Part shown: positions 57,955 to 64,000 of the stretch, in pieces
How the letters are laid out: each line of letters begins with the position of its first letter
How positions within the stretch are numbered: position 1 is the first letter of the stretch
Origin: Clostridia bacterium
Lineage (GTDB): Bacteria > Bacillota > Clostridia > Christensenellales > QALW01
Direction of reading: 5' to 3'
DNA length: 64,000 nt
NCBI GenBank assembly: GCA_045591115.1
Contig: JAZNSH010000006.1
Coordinates: forward strand, 27,874 to 91,873
Translations under genes and position numbers: made by a program
The notes under the pieces: generated by a model
What the model was told of the DNA's origin: nothing
What the model saw: only the letters and a program-made list of their open reading frames with translations
Databases searched by the model: none

Positions 57955-58784
57955 TGAAGCGCATACTTACTTTGCAGGATATTTCCTGCGTGGGAAAATG
58001 CTCACTTACGGTAGCACTTCCCATAATTTCAACTATGGGTATTGAAGCTTGTCCCGTACCCACTGCAATGCTTTCAAATCACACTGCTTTTGATTCCTTT
58101 TCATTTTTTGATCTTTCCGAGGAAATGAAAAACGTTAAGGAACAGTTTAAAAAGCAGGATTTTAAGTTTGACGGCATATATTCTGCATATTTGGGTTCAA
58201 AAGAACAGGTCGATATTGTTTCAGGGTTTATTGATGATTTCAATAGCCTTACTCTCGTTGACCCCGTTATGGGTGATCACGGCAAGCTATATTCGGGATT
58301 CGATAAGGATTTTCCCAAAACTATGAAAAGACTCTGCAAAAAAGCAGATATAATCGTACCTAACACCACCGAAGCAGGCTTTCTGTTGGGGTATGATACC
58401 ATAATTCCCTATTCAACCGAAAATGAGTTGAAGGAACATATGAAGCACTTATGCGATCTTGGCCCGGAAACGGTTGTTATAACCGGTGTTGAAATGCACA
58501 ATAAATTGGGTGCGGCAATTTACAACAAAAGTGTGGATGAGTTCGATATTTATTTAAAAGACAAGATTTCAAGAACCTTCCACGGAACCGGTGATATATT
58601 TGCATCCGTTTTGTTTTCATCCCTTATAAAGGATATGCCCATCAAAAAGGCACTTACCAATGCCGTAGATTTTACGTACCATTGTATGGAGGCTACCGTA
58701 AATAACCCTGATGCTTCCTGGTACGGAGTTGATTTTGAAAGCGTTCTTCCCCGTCTTTTTGAGTTGTCAAATGATTTTACTTGA
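57954..58784 (+). CDS. pdxK: Pyridoxal/pyridoxamine kinase
   Basis: QDISCVGKCSL, LSNHT, DPVMGD, PNTTE, HGTGDIF. Confidence 0.88.
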   Translation: MKRILTLQDISCVGKCSLTVALPIISTMGIEACPVPTAMLSNHTAFDSFSFFDLSEEMKNVKEQFKKQDFKFDGIYSAYLGSKEQVDIVSGFIDDFNSLTLVDPVMGDHGKLYSGFDKDFPKTMKRLCKKADIIVPNTTEAGFLLGYDTIIPYSTENELKEHMKHLCDLGPETVVITGVEMHNKLGAAIYNKSVDEFDIYLKDKISRTFHGTGDIFASVLFSSLIKDMPIKKALTNAVDFTYHCMEATVNNPDASWYGVDFESVLPRLFELSNDFT

Positions 58785-58809
58785 AATATATGGCATTTTG
58801 TGTTATACT
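58781..58809 (+). promoter_or_regulatory. sigma-A promoter of DUF512-der-plsY operon
   Basis: TTGAAA-17-TATACT with extended TG. Confidence 0.65.
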
Positions 58810-58843
58810 ATATGTTGAGTATATTTTCTGAAGGAGGGTCTAT

Positions 58844-60157
58844 ATGCACCATAAGATCATAAGTGTTGATGAAAATTCAGTTTGCGCCGAGCTTAATATC
58901 AAGCCCGGTGATACTCTTGTTGCCATTAATGACCTTCCGGTAAGAGATCTTTTGGATTATCAGTATTACGACGCAATGAACGAGCTTACTGTCACTATCA
59001 TTGAGCAGGATACGGGTGAAGCAGTTTTATTCGATATTGAAAAATATGATGACGAGCATTTGGGTCTTCATTTTGAAAACGATCTGTTATGTATGCGCAA
59101 CTGTTCAAACAAGTGTATTTTCTGCTTCGTTGATCAGTTACCGCCCAATATGCGCAAAACACTTTACGTTAAAGATGATGACTGGCGTATGTCCGTTCTT
59201 TTTGGAAATTATGTTACTTTGACAAACGTTTCCGAGCGTGAAATACAGAGAATTATCGATCAGCACATTTCACCGTTATATATTTCAGTTCACGCAACTG
59301 ACGTTGAGCTTAGGCGTTATATGCTTGGCAATCCCAAGGCTCAGGATATTATGTCGATATTGAAGCGTTTTGCCGATGCAGAGATATATTTCCATACTCA
59401 GATCGTTCTTTGTCCTGAAATAAACGATGGTTTCCAATTGAGAAAAAGCTTTGAGGATCTCTTTACCCTTTATCCCTACTGCCAATCACTTGCGGTTGTT
59501 CCCGTAGGCTTAACCTATCACAGAAAAAAGCTTGCTAAATTAAAGAAGTTCACAGAGCTTGATGCCAAGCACGTTATTGAAGAGATTACCAAGTGGCAGG
59601 AAAGCTGTCTTGAATTTAAGGGCTCACGCTTTATATTCCCCTCTGATGAATTTTACGTTCAGGCAGGCTTGCCCGTTCCCAACGCCAGTGAATATGAGGA
59701 CTTTGTTCAGATCGAAAACGGCGTTGGTCTGATTGCAAAGTTCAAGCAGGAGCTTCTTGATTATATTCCCAATCTTCCTCCTTGGATCCCCGACAGAAAG
59801 GTTTCCATTGCAACGGGAGTTTCTGCTCAAAAATTCATTGAGGAAATGGTGAAAATATTAAATGAATATTTCCCCAATCTTACCGTTAACGTCTACCCTA
59901 TAACAAACTTTTTCTTCGGTGAATCCGTTACTGTTACGGGACTTTTGACGGGCAAGGATATTTCCGTTCAGCTTGAAGGCAAGGATTTAGGAAGCGAAGT
60001 GTTCATTTCCGACGTTATGTTAAGAGGCGAAAACGGAAAATTCTTGGATGATCTTTCCGTTTCCGACGTTGAAAACTGGATAAATAAAAAAGTTACACCC
60101 ATAGAAAACACAGGTGCCGCTTTTGCTCAGGCACTTATCGGTATTAAGGAGAATTGA
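58844..60157 (+). CDS. DUF512 radical-SAM-like protein with N-terminal PDZ domain
   Basis: CSNKCIFC, KDDDWR, VPVGLT, QIENGVG; conserved position before der. Confidence 0.9.
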   Translation: MHHKIISVDENSVCAELNIKPGDTLVAINDLPVRDLLDYQYYDAMNELTVTIIEQDTGEAVLFDIEKYDDEHLGLHFENDLLCMRNCSNKCIFCFVDQLPPNMRKTLYVKDDDWRMSVLFGNYVTLTNVSEREIQRIIDQHISPLYISVHATDVELRRYMLGNPKAQDIMSILKRFADAEIYFHTQIVLCPEINDGFQLRKSFEDLFTLYPYCQSLAVVPVGLTYHRKKLAKLKKFTELDAKHVIEEITKWQESCLEFKGSRFIFPSDEFYVQAGLPVPNASEYEDFVQIENGVGLIAKFKQELLDYIPNLPPWIPDRKVSIATGVSAQKFIEEMVKILNEYFPNLTVNVYPITNFFFGESVTVTGLLTGKDISVQLEGKDLGSEVFISDVMLRGENGKFLDDLSVSDVENWINKKVTPIENTGAAFAQALIGIKEN

Positions 60158-60160
60158 TAA

Positions 60161-61483
60161 ATGAAACCGCTTGTTGCCATCGTAGGCAGACCCAACGTAG
60201 GTAAATCTACTTTTTTCAATAAACTTTCAGGTAAACGTCTTTCTATCGTTGAGGATACCCCCGGTGTTACCCGTGACAGAATTTATACTGACGTTACATG
60301 GCTTGATTATTCTTTTACTCTTATTGATACGGGAGGAATAGAATTAAAAAGCGACGATATATTTTATAATGAAATGCTTAAGCAGGCTGAGGTTGCAGTT
60401 GAAACTGCCGATGTTATTCTTTTCTTTACCGATGGCCGCCAGGGTATGCTTTCTGCCGATGAGGATGTTGCAGAATATTTAAGAAAAAAGCATAATAATA
60501 TTATTCTTGTAGTCAACAAGGTTGACGGCCCCACCCAAGAGGACAGCGTTTACGATTTCTATTCCCTCGGCTTAGGTGAGCCAAGTGCCATTTCTGCACT
60601 TAATATGACCGGTATCGGTGATCTTTTGGACAGAATCGTTGAAAACTTCCCCCATAACCTTTCCCAAGAGGAAGAAGACGATACAATAAAGATCGCAGTT
60701 GTGGGAAAGCCCAATGCAGGCAAATCTTCTCTTGTTAACAAAATATTAGGTCACGAACGTTCAATCGTAAGTAATATTGCAGGTACTACCCGTGATGCCA
60801 TTGATACTCCTTTTGAAGAGGACGGGCAGAAATACGTGCTTATTGATACGGCAGGTATTCGCAGAAAGAAATCCATTGATGACGGCACTATTGAGCGTTA
60901 CAGTGTTATCCGCTCCCTTGATGCAATCAGGCGTTGTGATGTTGCTTTGATCGTTCTTGATGCTGAAGCAGGTATGACGGAACAGGACGTTAAAATATCA
61001 GGCTTTGTAAAAGAACAAGGAAAAGCATCTCTCATTGTGGTAAACAAATGGGATCTTATTGAAAAGGATACCAACACCAGCGAAAAGTTCAAGAAAAAGA
61101 TGCGTGCCGATCTTGCTTTTATGGATTATGTTGATTATATTTTCATTTCCGCAAAAACAGGTCAAAGAACACACAAGCTTTTGTCTATGGTAAAGGAAAT
61201 AAACGAATCCGCATCAAAGCGTATAACCACAGGTGTGTTGAACGATACTCTTTCAGATGCTATGCAGTTAAACGAGCCCCCAACAAAGAACGGCAAGCGC
61301 TTAAAAATCAAGTATGCCGCTCAGGTTGCAGTCAAACCGCCAACGTTTATTCTTTTTGTTAATGATCAGAAGCTTATGCATTTTTCATATAAGCGTTATC
61401 TTGAAAACAGTTTCCGTGAGGCTTTCGGCTTCAGAGGAACACCTATAAACCTCATTCTCAGAGAAAAGGAGAAAGAAGAATGA
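60161..61483 (+). CDS. der: Ribosome biogenesis GTPase Der
   Basis: Two G-domains (GRPNVGKS, GKPNAGKS) and KH-like tail. Confidence 0.98.
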   Translation: MKPLVAIVGRPNVGKSTFFNKLSGKRLSIVEDTPGVTRDRIYTDVTWLDYSFTLIDTGGIELKSDDIFYNEMLKQAEVAVETADVILFFTDGRQGMLSADEDVAEYLRKKHNNIILVVNKVDGPTQEDSVYDFYSLGLGEPSAISALNMTGIGDLLDRIVENFPHNLSQEEEDDTIKIAVVGKPNAGKSSLVNKILGHERSIVSNIAGTTRDAIDTPFEEDGQKYVLIDTAGIRRKKSIDDGTIERYSVIRSLDAIRRCDVALIVLDAEAGMTEQDVKISGFVKEQGKASLIVVNKWDLIEKDTNTSEKFKKKMRADLAFMDYVDYIFISAKTGQRTHKLLSMVKEINESASKRITTGVLNDTLSDAMQLNEPPTKNGKRLKIKYAAQVAVKPPTFILFVNDQKLMHFSYKRYLENSFREAFGFRGTPINLILREKEKEE

Positions 61484-62118
61484 TTTTAAGGTATATTATT
61501 GCCGCTGTTTTGGGATATTTATTGGGTAATATCTCTTGCGCAAATATCATGTCAAGGATGATAGCAAAAAAGGATATCCGCACTTTAGGAAGCGGAAATG
61601 CAGGTGCTACCAACATTTTAAGAAACTTTGGTCTTAAGTATGCCGTTCCGGTGTTTTTCGGTGATGCTATCAAGGCAGCAGGCGCTGCACTTTTAGGTTG
61701 CCTTATTATCGGTGAGGGCTTTGAAGGCTTTACTCTTTTAGATGGTTTTTGTCAGCCTCAAATATTTGTTGGCGGACTTGCTGCTATAATCGGTCATAAC
61801 TTCCCCGTTTTTATGAAATTTAAAGGCGGAAAGGGCGTTGCCTGTTCTTTGGGCTTGCTCATTGTTATGAACCCTATTTTAGGTGTTATTTCCGTTATTG
61901 TTGCCGCAACTGCAAACTCACTTATAAGACTTTATTCTCTTGTTTCAATGTCAACAATGCTTCTTGCAGTTATTCTTTACAGTATATTTGATACAAATGG
62001 CGGAATAATACAGACGATCGCTTTAGTGTTTATGCTTCTTTTAATGGTCTTTATGCACAGAGAAAATATTAAGCGTCTTATTAAGGGCGAAGAAAAAAAG
62101 GTAGATATATTCAAATAA
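61480..62118 (+). CDS. plsY: Glycerol-3-phosphate acyltransferase PlsY
   Basis: GSGNAGATN, GHNFP, KGGKGVA, HRENI. Confidence 0.96.
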   Translation: MILRYIIAAVLGYLLGNISCANIMSRMIAKKDIRTLGSGNAGATNILRNFGLKYAVPVFFGDAIKAAGAALLGCLIIGEGFEGFTLLDGFCQPQIFVGGLAAIIGHNFPVFMKFKGGKGVACSLGLLIVMNPILGVISVIVAATANSLIRLYSLVSMSTMLLAVILYSIFDTNGGIIQTIALVFMLLLMVFMHRENIKRLIKGEEKKVDIFK

Positions 62119-62133
62119 TTCGGAGGTCATCTG

Positions 62134-64000
62134 ATGGGATATAATGCAAAAGATATAAAAATATTAGAGGGTCTTGATGCAGTAAGAATGCGCCCCGGTA
62201 TGTACATCGGAACAACCGGGCCTGACGGTATGCATCACCTTTTATGGGAAATCGTGGATAACGCTATTGACGAGGCTGCTAACGGCTTTGCTGATGAAGT
62301 TACCGTTACTCTTTCAGACGATAACGTTGTTTCTGTTGAAGATAACGGACGCGGTATGCCCGTTGATATTCATCCCCAGAAGGGTATTTCCGGTGTTGAA
62401 GTTATATTTACACAGCTTCACGCAGGTGGCAAATTCGATAATAATCAATATGAATATTCAGGCGGACTTCACGGTGTAGGTGCTTCAGTTGTAAACGCTC
62501 TTTCAGAATGGACAACGGTTGAAGTTTATAAGGATTATAAGACCTATCGCACTGAATTTGAAAGACAATATTCCGATGACAAAAAAAGTGTTATCTCAGG
62601 CGCAACGAAGATGCCTTTAACCAAGATCGGCACTTCCGCAAAGCACGGGTCACTTGTTACTTTTAAACCTGATAAGCTTGTTTTCGGCACAGCAACCTTT
62701 AATTTTGATACAATTAAGCATCGTCTTAAGGAGCTTGCATTCCTCAATGCGGGACTTAAAATCAATTTAATTGATACACGCCAAGGTAAGGAACAAGAAA
62801 AGCATTACTGCTATCAAGGCGGATTATGTGATTTTGTTAAATACTCAAATGAAGGCAAAACTCCCGTTTTTGATGAGCCTATGTTTTTTAAAGGCGAATC
62901 AAACGGAATCCGTTGTGAAGCGGCTATTCAATATACCGATTCATATAACGAAAATACCGTTTCATTTGTTAATAACATTCCCACAAAGGAAGGCGGAACA
63001 CACGAAACCGGCTTCCGTACCGCACTTACAAAGGTGCTTAACGATTATGCACGGCGCACAGAGGTTTTAAAGGAAAAAGATCCTAACTTTAACGGTGAAG
63101 ATTTCCGTGAGGGAATGACTGCTATCATTGCAATAAAGATGCAAAACATTCAATTTGAAGGACAGACTAAAGCAAAGTTAGGCTCAGTTGAAGCACGTCC
63201 TGCAGTTGAAGCAATTATTTCCGAGCAACTCGAAAAGTTTTTGGATGATCCAAAAAATCAGCAGATCGGTTCATTGATCCTTGCAAAGGCTGTTGCCGCC
63301 GCAAAGGTTAGAGAAGCCGCAAAAAAAGCAAAGGATATTGCAAGAAAGAAAAACAGTCTTGATGTTACTGCTCTTGTAGGAAAGCTTGCATCCTGCACCG
63401 GCAGAAAGCCCGAACAAAATGAGCTTATTATAGTTGAGGGTGATTCAGCAGGCGGCAGTGCAAAGCAAGGCAGAGACAGACGTTTCCAGGCAATTCTTCC
63501 ACTCCGCGGTAAGCCCGCAAACTCAGAAAAGAGAAGAATTGAGCAGATTTTAGGCAATGAAGAATACTGTTCTCTTATAACTGCCCTTGGCACGGGTATT
63601 GATGATGATTTTGATATTACACAGTTAAAATATCACAAGATCATCATTCTTGCCGATGCTGACCAGGATGGCGGACATATTCGCTCACTTTTGCTCACCT
63701 TCTTCTACCGCTATATGAAGCCGCTTATTACAGAAGGTCACGTTTATATCGGCACTCCCCCATTATATAGACTTGAAAAAAATTCAACCAAGGAATTGGT
63801 GTACTGTTATTCTGACGAAGAACGCATTGCCGCCGCTGAAAAGATGGGCAGGGGCTACGTTATTCAGCGTTATAAGGGGTTAGGTGAAATGGACCCTGAA
63901 CAGCTTTGGGATACTACTATGAATCCTGAACACCGCACGTTGGTGCGCGTAACTATCGAGGATGCTACAGAAGCTGAGCGTCTTGTTACCGTGCTTATGG
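62134..64000 (+). CDS. parE: Type IIA topoisomerase subunit B (ParE-like second GyrB paralogue), 3'-truncated by window edge
   Basis: LEGLDAVRMRPGMYIG, DNGRG, EGDSAGG, PLRGK, DADQDG, RYKGLGEM. Family is certain; ParE versus GyrB is inferred from context (not in a dnaA-recF locus). Confidence 0.75.
   Translation, partial: MGYNAKDIKILEGLDAVRMRPGMYIGTTGPDGMHHLLWEIVDNAIDEAANGFADEVTVTLSDDNVVSVEDNGRGMPVDIHPQKGISGVEVIFTQLHAGGKFDNNQYEYSGGLHGVGASVVNALSEWTTVEVYKDYKTYRTEFERQYSDDKKSVISGATKMPLTKIGTSAKHGSLVTFKPDKLVFGTATFNFDTIKHRLKELAFLNAGLKINLIDTRQGKEQEKHYCYQGGLCDFVKYSNEGKTPVFDEPMFFKGESNGIRCEAAIQYTDSYNENTVSFVNNIPTKEGGTHETGFRTALTKVLNDYARRTEVLKEKDPNFNGEDFREGMTAIIAIKMQNIQFEGQTKAKLGSVEARPAVEAIISEQLEKFLDDPKNQQIGSLILAKAVAAAKVREAAKKAKDIARKKNSLDVTALVGKLASCTGRKPEQNELIIVEGDSAGGSAKQGRDRRFQAILPLRGKPANSEKRRIEQILGNEEYCSLITALGTGIDDDFDITQLKYHKIIILADADQDGGHIRSLLLTFFYRYMKPLITEGHVYIGTPPLYRLEKNSTKELVYCYSDEERIAAAEKMGRGYVIQRYKGLGEMDPEQLWDTTMNPEHRTLVRVTIEDATEAERLVTVLM

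Noticed and set aside
1315-63593. Numerous short antisense or alternate-frame ORFs in the track (e.g. 4484-4915, 38577-39176, 44676-45152, 63258-63593)
   Set aside because: Nested in or largely overlapping well-supported genes, lacking RBS and motifs; typical shadow ORFs

Overview
Mostly core chromosome of a low-GC, spore-forming Clostridia-like bacterium. Core genes include infC-rpmI-rplT with an L20 leader, a T-box-led type-2 ileS, minD-minE-rodA-spoIVFA/B, der-plsY and a partial type IIA topoisomerase B. The left edge (1-988) looks like the end of an island integrated in a tRNA-Arg gene: a partial acyl-CoA synthetase followed by the 3' half of a tRNA. Accessory blocks are a sortase with a dedicated VKATG-signal substrate, a cobalamin riboswitch-led DUF4430/ECF pair, a 190-bp MITE-like element between duplicated hairpins, and a PqqD(RRE)-rmlA-HPr-kinase-like operon with no visible precursor peptide. 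The largest is a 12.7-kb carbohydrate-type operon (giant binding protein, two permease pairs, NHL/TPR protein, Yip1 protein, DUF5696-like lipoprotein) with no ATPase, regulator or recognisable glycosidase. Two small genes missing from the ORF track were found: a Gin/CsfB-like gene and a 34-aa membrane peptide whose RBS lies in a terminator hairpin. No CRISPR array, rRNA or intact tRNA was seen. All family calls come from motif recognition by eye, not database searches.
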